Assembly: GCA_043745805.1 (NCBI GenBank)
Contig: JAYTSD010000037.1
Span: forward strand, 43,033 to 107,032
Reading direction: 5' to 3'
DNA from: Fibrobacteria bacterium
Lineage (GTDB): Bacteria; Fibrobacterota; Fibrobacteria; UBA11236
Length of the DNA: 64,000 nucleotides
Both the position numbers and the translations under genes were made by a program. Below the pieces are notes generated by a model. It saw nothing but the letters and a program-made list of their open reading frames with translations. It did not search any database and was not told the DNA's origin. Each line of letters opens with the position of its first letter. Position 1 is the first letter of the stretch. Below are positions 27,640 through 36,433 of the stretch, in pieces.

Positions 27640-29730
27640 ATGCATAAATCAAACGGAAAAATATGGATTAATTTGGCTCTTGTTTTAGGAGGGCCACTTT
27701 TTTTCCTCTTATTTTTAGAGGTCGTTCTTTGGTTTGTCGGAGTGAAGCCTCTTTATCTTTCCGAAGATCCCTTTGTAGGGTTTGCTTCGGGACAGCCGCT
27801 TTGTGTTTTACAAAACCGCACTATAGGGGGTAATGTATACGTTACCAATCCTGCTAAAATCTCGCATTTTAATTGGCAAAGCTTTCCGCAAAAGAAAGCG
27901 GCCGGTACCTATAGAATTTTTACCGTAGGCGGCTCTACCACTTATGGGCATCCCTATCATGATCCCACTTCTTATAGTGGATGGTTGCGTGAGTTGCTGC
28001 CTGTTGCCGATCCTAGCCGAAAATGGGAAGTAATCAATGCGGGTGGAATAAGTTATGCGAGTTATCGCGAAGCGAAATTGATGGAGGAATTAATTGAATA
28101 CAAACCGGATTTATTTGTGGTATATAGTGGTCACAATGAATTTTTAGAAGAACGTACCTATAGAAAAACAGTCAAGTTACCGGCATTTATTCGCGAAACT
28201 AGTGCTTTACTGGATAAAACCAGAACCTATACAGTATTAAGAATATTAATACATAAATTAATGGGAAAATCGGACATTAAAAAAAACAAAACACCTACAC
28301 TTGCTTCCGAAGTGGATGATGTTTTAGCAAAAACCATAGGGCCAACATCCTATACCCGAAATGATACCTTGCATACCGAGGTGTTGGAGCATTTTAATAA
28401 TTCCTTGGAACGCATGGCGCGGTTGGCGCATTCGGTGGGAGCAGAAATTATTTTTGTGACCACTCCTTCGAATGAAAAAGACTGTTCCCCTTTTAAAAGC
28501 GAAGTAACAAACGGATTGACATCTGCTGAGATTGAAAAAGTAAATGTCTATTTGCAGCAAGCGCATACATTGATACAAGCTAGTCAAAAAGAGTTGGCCT
28601 TAGTGCAATATGCGAATGCATTAAGTATCGATAATCGCAATGCGGATATTTATTATGCAGCAGGCAAATTAGCCTTTGAGCTAAAACAAGGTAAGGTAGC
28701 CAAAAAGTATTTTCAAAAAGCTTTGGAGGAAGATATTTGCCCTCTACGCGCCTCACCTCGTATGGCGGAAATGATTAAGCAGATTGCAATAACAACGCAT
28801 TCGCGCAGTTTGGATTTTGTGGACACTTTGGAAAAACAAATGCAAATGCAATATCAGCATAATTGTTTGGGCGAGCCGGATTTTCTCGATCATGTGCATT
28901 TAGATATTCCTGATTATAAACATTTAGCTTTAGGCTTGATGGATGAATTGATACGTATGAATGTTTTGCATACACAAAAAACATGGGGAAAAGAATCTAT
29001 TGATCAGGTGGATAAAAAAATTATGAACCAAGTTGATACGCGAGAGCAGGGCATAGCTTTACATAATTTAGCGAAGGTGATTAATTGGGCCGGTAAACAT
29101 GAGGATGCCGCGGTGATTGCGGAAAAGGCCTTAGCAAAGGACAGTACTAGTTTGGAAGCGATTTGGGGATCCTTATTTGTAGGTGCAGCGCGCGAACGCG
29201 AAGGGAAAGAAACGGAAGCTATTATTCATTATTCGCGAGCGGTAAAATTAGATTCTAATAATCCCAAATCGCGAGGTTTTTTGGCGGGGGCTTTAATGCG
29301 TTCTGGAAAAAATACGGAAGCAACGCAACAATTATCTGCGGCCTTAGAATTAGAACCAAACAATCCGGAAACCCAAGCGGAACTGGGGCAACTTTATTTG
29401 GGTTTAGGAAAATATGCAGAAGCGGCTGAACATTTAGCATTGGCGGTGGAAAAATTACCACTACGTCCAGATTATCATTATGCTTATGCGGTAGCTTTAC
29501 TGAAGAGCAATCAAATAATGAGAGCAGAAGCGGAGTTCCGGCAAACTTTAGCTTTAAATCCTAAAGCAGCACAAGCCTTGGTAGGATTGGGATTGATTGC
29601 CAAAAATCAGGGTAACATGGGTGTTGCTATTCAATATTTTGCACAAGCTTTGCAAATGCAGCCGGACTTAGTAGAAGCGCAGAACGCTTTAAGTCAAAGC
29701 TTGGGCGGCATGTCGGGAATGAAACCTTAA
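27640..29730 (+). CDS. Membrane-anchored SGNH/GDSL hydrolase-like protein with TPR repeats
   Basis: N-terminal TM helix; SGNH blocks 'GGSTTYG', 'NAGGISY', 'GHNEF', 'DHVH'; several TPRs, some inside the SGNH domain. Confidence 0.85.
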   Translation: MHKSNGKIWINLALVLGGPLFFLLFLEVVLWFVGVKPLYLSEDPFVGFASGQPLCVLQNRTIGGNVYVTNPAKISHFNWQSFPQKKAAGTYRIFTVGGSTTYGHPYHDPTSYSGWLRELLPVADPSRKWEVINAGGISYASYREAKLMEELIEYKPDLFVVYSGHNEFLEERTYRKTVKLPAFIRETSALLDKTRTYTVLRILIHKLMGKSDIKKNKTPTLASEVDDVLAKTIGPTSYTRNDTLHTEVLEHFNNSLERMARLAHSVGAEIIFVTTPSNEKDCSPFKSEVTNGLTSAEIEKVNVYLQQAHTLIQASQKELALVQYANALSIDNRNADIYYAAGKLAFELKQGKVAKKYFQKALEEDICPLRASPRMAEMIKQIAITTHSRSLDFVDTLEKQMQMQYQHNCLGEPDFLDHVHLDIPDYKHLALGLMDELIRMNVLHTQKTWGKESIDQVDKKIMNQVDTREQGIALHNLAKVINWAGKHEDAAVIAEKALAKDSTSLEAIWGSLFVGAAREREGKETEAIIHYSRAVKLDSNNPKSRGFLAGALMRSGKNTEATQQLSAALELEPNNPETQAELGQLYLGLGKYAEAAEHLALAVEKLPLRPDYHYAYAVALLKSNQIMRAEAEFRQTLALNPKAAQALVGLGLIAKNQGNMGVAIQYFAQALQMQPDLVEAQNALSQSLGGMSGMKP

Positions 29731-29734
29731 GTTT

Positions 29735-31495
29735 ATGTATGTTCTAGGCATCTCGGCTTTTTTTCATGATAGCGCGGCCTGTTTATTACAAGATGGTAAA
29801 CCCATAGCGGCTGCCGAAGAAGAACGCTTTACACGCAAAAAACATGATTCTGCTTTTCCAAAACAAGCCGTGGCATATTGTTTGCATTCGGCCGGAATAA
29901 CTATTTCTCAAGTAGAGGCCGTTGTTTTTTATGAAAAACCTTTTATAAAATTCGAAAGAATTTTAGAAACCTATTTAGCTTATGCGCCGCAAGGTTTTCG
30001 CACTTTTGCTAAAGCCATTCCACGTTGGGTTAAAAAAAATATTTGGATTCGTAAAACCATTGCAGAGGAATTGAATTATACAGGAAAAATCTTATTTCCT
30101 GAGCATCATGAATCCCATTCTGCTTCGGCATTTTTTGCTTCTCCTTTTGAAAACGCAGCTATTTTGACTTTAGATGGTGTAGGAGAGTGGGCAACTACAA
30201 GTTACGGTATCGGCAAAGGAAACCATATTGATTTACTCGCGGAAATTCGTTTTCCACATTCCCTAGGCTTGCTGTATTCCGCATTTACATATTACACAGG
30301 TTTTAAAGTGAATTCAGGTGAATATAAAGTTATGGGTTTAGCACCTTATGGTAAACCCCTGTATAAAGATTTGATATATGAAAAATTGATCAAGGTTAAA
30401 CCAGATGGTTCTTTTCGTTTGAACATGAAATATTTTTCCTTCGCGACAGGCCTCACCATGACGGAAAAACCCTTTCATGATTTATTTGGGGAACCCCCAC
30501 GAAAACCCGAAAGCCCTTTAACACAAAAAGTGATGGATATTTCACGATCGATACAAGAAGTCATAGAAGAAATTGTTTTGCTCATGGCAAAAAATTTGCA
30601 TGCCATAACCGGATCGGAAAATCTTTGTTTGGCAGGTGGCGTGGCTTTGAATTGTGTCGCGAATGGTCGCTTATTACGCGAAGGCCCCTTTAAAAATATA
30701 TGGATACAACCCGCTTCTGGTGATGCTGGTGGGGCACTAGGAGCTGCATTGGTGGCTACGTATCATTATTTCGATTTGCCGCGAACGGCTAATAATTTAG
30801 AAGATAAGCAAAGCGGATCTTTGCTTGGGTCTGAATATTCCGCTTCTGAAATCCGCGCCGAATTAGATAAACAAAATGCAAAGTATAAAGAACAGTCTTG
30901 GGAGCAAATTCCTCTCATAGCTGCCGATTTAGTAAACGAACAATATGTGATAGGTTGGTTTCAGGGACGTATGGAATTTGGGCCTCGTGCTTTAGGTGCA
31001 CGTTCTATATTAGCGGATGCGCGCAATCCGCTAATGAAAGATAGAGTGAATGAAAAAATAAAATATCGCGAACGCTTTCGGCCTTTTGGGTGTTCAGTGC
31101 TAAAGGATAAAATCAGCCATTATTTTTCCATGCAAGACGAAAGCCCCTATATGCTTATGGTGGCAAAAGTTTTAGGCGATCCTGTAACATCCCCGATACC
31201 CGCGGTGACTCATGTTGATGGATCGGCACGTATTCAAACGGTTACCCCAAAAGAAAGCCCATTGTTTCATGCTTTATTAAAACATTTAGATGAAAAGCAT
31301 CACTGCGCCGTTATTTTAAATACCTCCTTTAATTTACGCGGAGAACCTTTAGTATGTTCACCGGAAGACGCCTATCGTTGTTTTATGCGTACGGGCATGG
31401 ATTATTTAATAATCGGAAATTTTCTTTTGGATAAAAAAGCACAAATTCCTTGGCCGGAAGAAATTGATGAAAGCGAAATGTTAGAGGCCGATTAA
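29735..31495 (+). CDS. O-carbamoyltransferase (NodU/CmcH family)
   Basis: 'HDSAACL', 'EHHESH', 'DGVGE', 'EYKVMGLAPYG', 'GRMEFGPRALG', 'THVDGSARIQT', 'NTSFN'. Confidence 0.95.
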   Translation: MYVLGISAFFHDSAACLLQDGKPIAAAEEERFTRKKHDSAFPKQAVAYCLHSAGITISQVEAVVFYEKPFIKFERILETYLAYAPQGFRTFAKAIPRWVKKNIWIRKTIAEELNYTGKILFPEHHESHSASAFFASPFENAAILTLDGVGEWATTSYGIGKGNHIDLLAEIRFPHSLGLLYSAFTYYTGFKVNSGEYKVMGLAPYGKPLYKDLIYEKLIKVKPDGSFRLNMKYFSFATGLTMTEKPFHDLFGEPPRKPESPLTQKVMDISRSIQEVIEEIVLLMAKNLHAITGSENLCLAGGVALNCVANGRLLREGPFKNIWIQPASGDAGGALGAALVATYHYFDLPRTANNLEDKQSGSLLGSEYSASEIRAELDKQNAKYKEQSWEQIPLIAADLVNEQYVIGWFQGRMEFGPRALGARSILADARNPLMKDRVNEKIKYRERFRPFGCSVLKDKISHYFSMQDESPYMLMVAKVLGDPVTSPIPAVTHVDGSARIQTVTPKESPLFHALLKHLDEKHHCAVILNTSFNLRGEPLVCSPEDAYRCFMRTGMDYLIIGNFLLDKKAQIPWPEEIDESEMLEAD

Positions 31496-31923
31496 TGAGA
31501 ATGGATGATTCGGAAAATCCAATTGTTGCACTTGAGCGAACTCCGCGGCAATTAAGAATTTTTGCTTTACGAGTTTTGATTTTCTGTACCATTTCAGGAT
31601 GGGTACTTTTTCATAAACATGCTTTTCGAATGTTTATATGGTGGGGTTTAGGGGGCACCTTTTTTTTAAGCGCACTTTGTTTCCCTAAAGTTGCCGCTCC
31701 ATTGCGAGAGAAATTACATGGCTTACAAAAAGTATTTGAAAAAGTATTAACATTCATATTGTTAGTAATAATATTTTACTTTGTATTTACTCCATTGGCT
31801 TGGGGTGCACGTAAAATCGGAAAGAAATTTTTGGATTTAGCAATAAACGGCGATGAAAAAACTTATTGGATACCTAAAGAAAATCGTAGCCGAGATAAAT
31901 CGTCTTATGAAACGACTTATTAA
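31495..31923 (+). CDS. SxtJ family membrane protein
   Basis: 'LR.F', TM helices, 'IFYFVFTP', 'TYWIP', terminal 'YETTY'; coupled to the carbamoyltransferase stop. Confidence 0.8.
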   Translation: MRMDDSENPIVALERTPRQLRIFALRVLIFCTISGWVLFHKHAFRMFIWWGLGGTFFLSALCFPKVAAPLREKLHGLQKVFEKVLTFILLVIIFYFVFTPLAWGARKIGKKFLDLAINGDEKTYWIPKENRSRDKSSYETTY

Positions 31924-31964
31924 TTAAGTAAGGGCTGGAGATTTAAAACGGAAATTTATCTGTT

Positions 31965-32117
31965 TTAGAATAGTGAATAGATGAATGGCGCTAAGGTTGC
32001 GCTTTCGGTAAAAAGAATAAGCCCCGCTAAAAGCAAAAGCATTACAACAATGGGAAGTAGCCACCATTTTTTGCGGGATTTTAAAAATCCCCATAATTCT
32101 TTAAGCATTAAACTCAT
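31965..32117 (-). CDS. DUF5989 family (SxtK-like) small membrane protein, absent from the ORF track
   Basis: Manual translation MSLMLKELWGFLKSRKKWWLLPIVVMLLLLAGLILFTESATLAPFIYSLF* (50 aa) with 'RKKWWLLP' and 'APFIYxLF' signatures. Confidence 0.9.
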   Translation of the reverse strand: MSLMLKELWGFLKSRKKWWLLPIVVMLLLLAGLILFTESATLAPFIYSLF

Positions 32118-32174
32118 TATGCAAAGTTAATTGGAAAGCGAAAAGCCTACAAGCAATTGAGCATTATGGAGAAT

Positions 32175-33029
32175 TTAATTTGTCCAAATCATGGCGGATT
32201 CTTTTATAAGCGCAAATTGTGTAAAAGTGCTGGGAGAATAAACCACACTATTTTTTGTAGAATTTGCCTTAAATTCCAAAAGATTTAAAGCATGAGACTT
32301 ATCAACCTTTATGGGTTTTTCTGTGTTTTCAATAGGCTGGAGTTGTATTTCATGGATAGTATTTATGGTCTTGGAATTCAGTAACTTTTTGAAAGACTCA
32401 CTTAAGAATTCCCAAGTGGCTCTTCGTAATTCATGCACATTATTAATTCCCATTAGATTTAAAGCCAAAATATTTTGAGGGGTAAAATTAGGGAGCTGTT
32501 GCAAATTAATTTTTTGCAGTAAAAGCGTATTGTCAAGCGCCGTATTGTAAACGCTAACTCCGGTTTTTTGCAAATGCGCTATGGTATTGGCAATGGACGC
32601 ATAAGTTGCATTAGGACCCAAACCAATGGAAATATTTAATCCAATACATTGCTTAATTTCTTGTTTAATGCGCCAGCCAATATCTAAAAGGGATTCTAAG
32701 GGATAAGCGATATCCAATAGTATTTTGTCGACAGACATTAATTTTATTCCGGTGGAGTAATTTTGAAAAATATGCCGTATACGAGCAAAAATATTCCAAT
32801 AAAGAGAATAATTCGCTATTAATAATACAGTATTATTTTTATTACTTATCACTTGGGCCTCGTGATAATTGATTCCATTTTTTAACCCCAAAATTTTCGC
32901 TTGAGGAGAACCGCAAATAATATATCCCGAGCTATTATTTAAAATGGCGACAGGCTTTTCGCGAAGTGAGGGGTTGAAAATTTTTTCGCAGGCTAAATAA
33001 AAAGTTCCAAAATCTACTAATGCATGCAT
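32175..33029 (-). CDS. umuC: Truncated, catalytically degenerate UmuC-like Y-family polymerase (possible pseudogene)
   Basis: N-terminus 'ALVDFGTFYLACEKIFNPSLREKPVAIL' resembles UmuC; SIDE motif reads 'SVDK'; only 284 aa. Confidence 0.7.
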   Translation of the reverse strand: MHALVDFGTFYLACEKIFNPSLREKPVAILNNSSGYIICGSPQAKILGLKNGINYHEAQVISNKNNTVLLIANYSLYWNIFARIRHIFQNYSTGIKLMSVDKILLDIAYPLESLLDIGWRIKQEIKQCIGLNISIGLGPNATYASIANTIAHLQKTGVSVYNTALDNTLLLQKINLQQLPNFTPQNILALNLMGINNVHELRRATWEFLSESFKKLLNSKTINTIHEIQLQPIENTEKPIKVDKSHALNLLEFKANSTKNSVVYSPSTFTQFALIKESAMIWTN

Positions 33030-33032
33030 GAT

Positions 33033-33449
33033 TTAAACCTTATGGAGAACGAAGGTGACTTTGCCCCAAATTTCGAAATCGGATCGATTGGAGACGTCTA
33101 AAGGAGGGTAATTTGCATTGGACGGCTGGAGAACAATATTGTTTCCATTCTTTAAAAACCGCTTAATGGTAAAGGCTCCATCCAAAATGGCAATTATTAC
33201 ATCTCCCGATTTCGCTTTCAAGGATTTATCAATAACTAGAATATCGTCATGATAAATTCCTGCACCGATCATGGAATCACCTTTACAACGGCATAAAAAT
33301 GTGGAAGAGGGGTTGCGAATTAAATGTTCATTGATGTCGAGATTCCCATCTAAATAATCATCTGCAGGACTGGGAAATCCGGCCTCAATGCGACCAGCAA
33401 AAAATGGAACCGAGACTAAATTTGTGGGAGTAGCTTGAAAGAATTTCAT
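33033..33449 (-). CDS. umuD: UmuD (S24 peptidase)
   Basis: 'AGFPSPADDY', catalytic 'GDSM' and 'TIKR', 'IWGKV'. Confidence 0.93.
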   Translation of the reverse strand: MKFFQATPTNLVSVPFFAGRIEAGFPSPADDYLDGNLDINEHLIRNPSSTFLCRCKGDSMIGAGIYHDDILVIDKSLKAKSGDVIIAILDGAFTIKRFLKNGNNIVLQPSNANYPPLDVSNRSDFEIWGKVTFVLHKV

Positions 33450-33456
33450 GGAATAA

Positions 33457-33482
33457 ATATACTGCACATCAGGGCAGTATAT
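33457..33482. promoter_or_regulatory. Putative LexA (SOS) box
   Basis: ATATACTG-CACATCAGGG-CAGTATAT, 8-bp inverted arms, 7 nt upstream of the umuD ATG; core on the - strand TGCCC-TGAT-GTGCA. Confidence 0.75.
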
Positions 33483-33524
33483 CAAGGATTTTAATTAAAT
33501 TTTATTTGCTTAAATCTAAGGATC

Positions 33525-33598
33525 TGCACCAGACAGGAGTCGAACCTGTGACCTTCGCCTTCGGAGGGCGACGCTCTATCCAACTGAGCTACTGGTGC
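33525..33598 (-). tRNA. tRNA-Arg(CCG)
   Basis: GCACCAGTAGCTCAGTTGGATAGAGCG TCGCC-CTCCGAA-GGCGA AGGTCACAGGTTCGACTCCTGTCTGGTGCA cloverleaf; CCA not encoded. Confidence 0.95.
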
Positions 33599-33666
33599 AA
33601 TTCCAAAGGGGATTAAAGTTAAATCAAGCCCCTTGCTGCGGCAAGCAGTAGCGATTCATTAAATGC

Positions 33667-34935
33667 TTAGAGTATTTTGTATTGCAAACCTAAGGCGAGA
33701 ATGAAAGTATTCTTTCTTAAGGTAACATCCCCTATATTGGGAATCGTAGTTTTATCTTCAAAATAAAATCCATTTCCAAAACCAAAATTGATATTCACTT
33801 TAGCCGTAGGATGATATGCGAAACCACTGGCAACAGTGCATCCATTTAAACCTGGATTTTCAGGGGAATAGGATTCGGGTTTAGCTCCAGTGCTATAGTA
33901 AAGAATGCCCGTACTTAAAGCCCATTGTGGGTGAACTTGTGCTTCTAAGGCGAGTCCAGATTCCCAGCCATCATTATGCTTGTCTTCAGCTCCACCCCAA
34001 TCAGAAATTTTATTCATGAAATAATTAAAGGATAAATCAGTGCGCCAAATAGGATTGAATTGATAACCCAAACCTAAACCAATTTCGGGAGGAATATCAT
34101 GATTGAATTTGGATCCCTTGGTTTTTAAGGATTGGCGTAATAGACCTAGATAAGGAACCCTATTTGGATTGCTAGCCAATTCTGTTTCAAAATTCAAATC
34201 ACTTTTATCAACTTCATATTCCATTTTCACAATAGTTTCAAAACGTAACCCAATAGTTAAGGCTTCGGAAGGAGTAATATTAATACCAAAAGCGCCACCC
34301 CATCCAGAAGCAGATTCTTTATGATCGATAGCTTTGGTGGCTCCGTTGCTTAACGGTTTTCCCGCATCCACTTCAATGGTGGTTTGCGCATAAACGTATT
34401 TTAAGCTCGCAGCAATGGAATACATTTTATTAATAGCATAAGCTCCACCTAAGGATGGGGCTATTGAAGTTATCGCTAACTTTACATCGGTAGTGTAATC
34501 GGGATCACGTGCTAATAAAGCGCTTCTTAAAAGACCGGTTGACACAGTACCCTCTTGATAATCCAAATTTCCACCGCCAATAGGAAACGTGAGCGTAGAG
34601 AATATGGACCAGTCATCATGCTTGAACACAATAAAACCTGTTGGCAAAATGAAACTGGTTAAATCGGATTTATAGGACGGTTGATTAGGAGCAATTTGGC
34701 GATTGAATTTTATTAATGTTTGATTATTCGCATTAACATAAAGTCCATCTTCCAGTTTCATGACACCTGCGGGATTATATATAGCCGCATCGGCGCTATT
34801 GGTAGCGGCATTGCGACTTACTGTGCGAATATATTCGGCACTAAAATTGGTGCGATTGTCTACCGCGCCACCCATAACCAAATGTGCGGCCAAGCCAATA
34901 AACATTGAGGCAAAAGCATATAGTTTGGTTTTCAT
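33667..34935 (-). CDS. OmpP1/FadL family outer-membrane transporter
   Basis: Signal peptide; 'SRNAATNSADAAIYNPAG' hatch motif; beta-strand C-terminus LGLQYKIL. Confidence 0.85.
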   Translation of the reverse strand: MKTKLYAFASMFIGLAAHLVMGGAVDNRTNFSAEYIRTVSRNAATNSADAAIYNPAGVMKLEDGLYVNANNQTLIKFNRQIAPNQPSYKSDLTSFILPTGFIVFKHDDWSIFSTLTFPIGGGNLDYQEGTVSTGLLRSALLARDPDYTTDVKLAITSIAPSLGGAYAINKMYSIAASLKYVYAQTTIEVDAGKPLSNGATKAIDHKESASGWGGAFGINITPSEALTIGLRFETIVKMEYEVDKSDLNFETELASNPNRVPYLGLLRQSLKTKGSKFNHDIPPEIGLGLGYQFNPIWRTDLSFNYFMNKISDWGGAEDKHNDGWESGLALEAQVHPQWALSTGILYYSTGAKPESYSPENPGLNGCTVASGFAYHPTAKVNINFGFGNGFYFEDKTTIPNIGDVTLRKNTFILALGLQYKIL

Positions 34936-35178
34936 GGGGTCTCCTTGGCTGAGTAACTTTAAGACTTCCTATACCATTTAGGAATAGAAAGGAATAAAAG
35001 ATTGAGGCATAATATAAATTACCGAACAGGCTTTGCCAAAAGGCCAAGAGGGAAAATGCTAATTTTTTTCTCACAAGCCTCTTGTAAGAATTTACATTTA
35101 CCGACTATCGATTTGAGAAGGATAGTAATGTCTTCCAAATATTCACGATTAACTTCAGTTAAGTAAACGAGGCGAGAA

Positions 35179-36429
35179 ATGAAAAAATCATTCGCAAAAC
35201 TAACTCTTTTAAGCGCTTTTATTTTTTGGAATTGCGTCGATGTTAATAATTCGGAGCGCAAAGAATCCATAAATGACGAGAGTGTTATCTATGTGGCTTT
35301 GGGCAATAGTTTAACAGCGGGAATGCAAAACTCAGGATTAAAGCAATCTTATCAACTCGCGAGCTATCCAGCATTATTAGCAAAGCAAATGGGCGTTGAA
35401 GAATTTAATATGCCCATTATTGATACACCAGGGATTAGCACTACGCCTGGTTTCGGCCCTTTAAGAATTGATTTTTTAAAGGGAGGACTTACTCAAGATC
35501 CGCTTACTGTTAAACCTGAAAATATGCTGCTCAATAAATTTTCACCCAAACCCTATAGTAACTTGGGTATTCCGGGCGCTACAACAAAAGATTTTTTATA
35601 TGCAACGGGATCCATAAACCCTAGCAACTCGTCCTTAAATGCAAGAGACACTTCCAATAAATTCTTTGATATTGTACTGCGTGGAAATACTACTTGTATT
35701 CGCCAAGCTATTGCACAAAAGCCGAGCATCATCACGGTATGGATGGGTAATAATGATATTTTAGGTGGCGTATTAGCAGGGACTATAATTGAAGGGGTAA
35801 CAGTTACTCCTTCAGCTATTTATGCTAATTTGATGAATCAAATAATAGATTCCTTAATAAATCAAACTTCTGCACAAATTTTTATTGCGACAATTCCCGA
35901 CATTACCACAATTCCTTTTGTAACAACAGTGCCACCAATTTTGTTGGATTCTTTAATGCACCCAGTAGTAGTGGATAGCCATTATGTTCCTTTGCTGACC
36001 GAAGAAGACTCTGTAGTTTATGTAACATTACTTGCATTAACCAAAATAAAAGGAGATACATTAGGTATCCCGAAAGCTTTTGGTGGTAAAGACAAAAAAA
36101 TCCCAGCCTATTACACATTGACTAAATCTGAAGCGGCAACCGCTTCGCGTTTGGTAAAAGAATACAATGATCACTTAAATACTTTAAAAAATGATAGAGT
36201 AACGATTGTGGATATGAATCAATTATTAAAGAACATAGGGGCTAATCAAATTGCGAATGTAAATGGGTTTTATCCTTTGGCCGTTCCCACTACAGTAACT
36301 TCAAAAAGTATTTTTAGTTATGATGGCGTGCATCCCAATTCACTGGGGTATAAATTAATTGCGAATGAATATTTAAAAGCTATTAATGCGAAGATGAAAA
36401 CGAATTACGTTTCAATACCTTTAAACTAA
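35179..36429 (+). CDS. SGNH/GDSL lipolytic lipoprotein
   Basis: Lipoprotein-like signal ending in Cys; 'ALGNSLTAG', 'NLGIPGA', 'GNND', 'DGVHP'. Confidence 0.88.
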   Translation: MKKSFAKLTLLSAFIFWNCVDVNNSERKESINDESVIYVALGNSLTAGMQNSGLKQSYQLASYPALLAKQMGVEEFNMPIIDTPGISTTPGFGPLRIDFLKGGLTQDPLTVKPENMLLNKFSPKPYSNLGIPGATTKDFLYATGSINPSNSSLNARDTSNKFFDIVLRGNTTCIRQAIAQKPSIITVWMGNNDILGGVLAGTIIEGVTVTPSAIYANLMNQIIDSLINQTSAQIFIATIPDITTIPFVTTVPPILLDSLMHPVVVDSHYVPLLTEEDSVVYVTLLALTKIKGDTLGIPKAFGGKDKKIPAYYTLTKSEAATASRLVKEYNDHLNTLKNDRVTIVDMNQLLKNIGANQIANVNGFYPLAVPTTVTSKSIFSYDGVHPNSLGYKLIANEYLKAINAKMKTNYVSIPLN

Positions 36430-36433
36430 GCCC

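Noticed and set aside
29735-32117. Saxitoxin biosynthesis (sxtI/J/K-like genes)
   Set aside because: No sxtA, sxtG or other core genes; this triad is widespread outside toxin producers
32175-33598. Genomic island integrated at the tRNA-Arg(CCG) 3' end carrying umuDC
   Set aside because: No integrase, and no duplicated tRNA 3' end found by eye; cannot be supported
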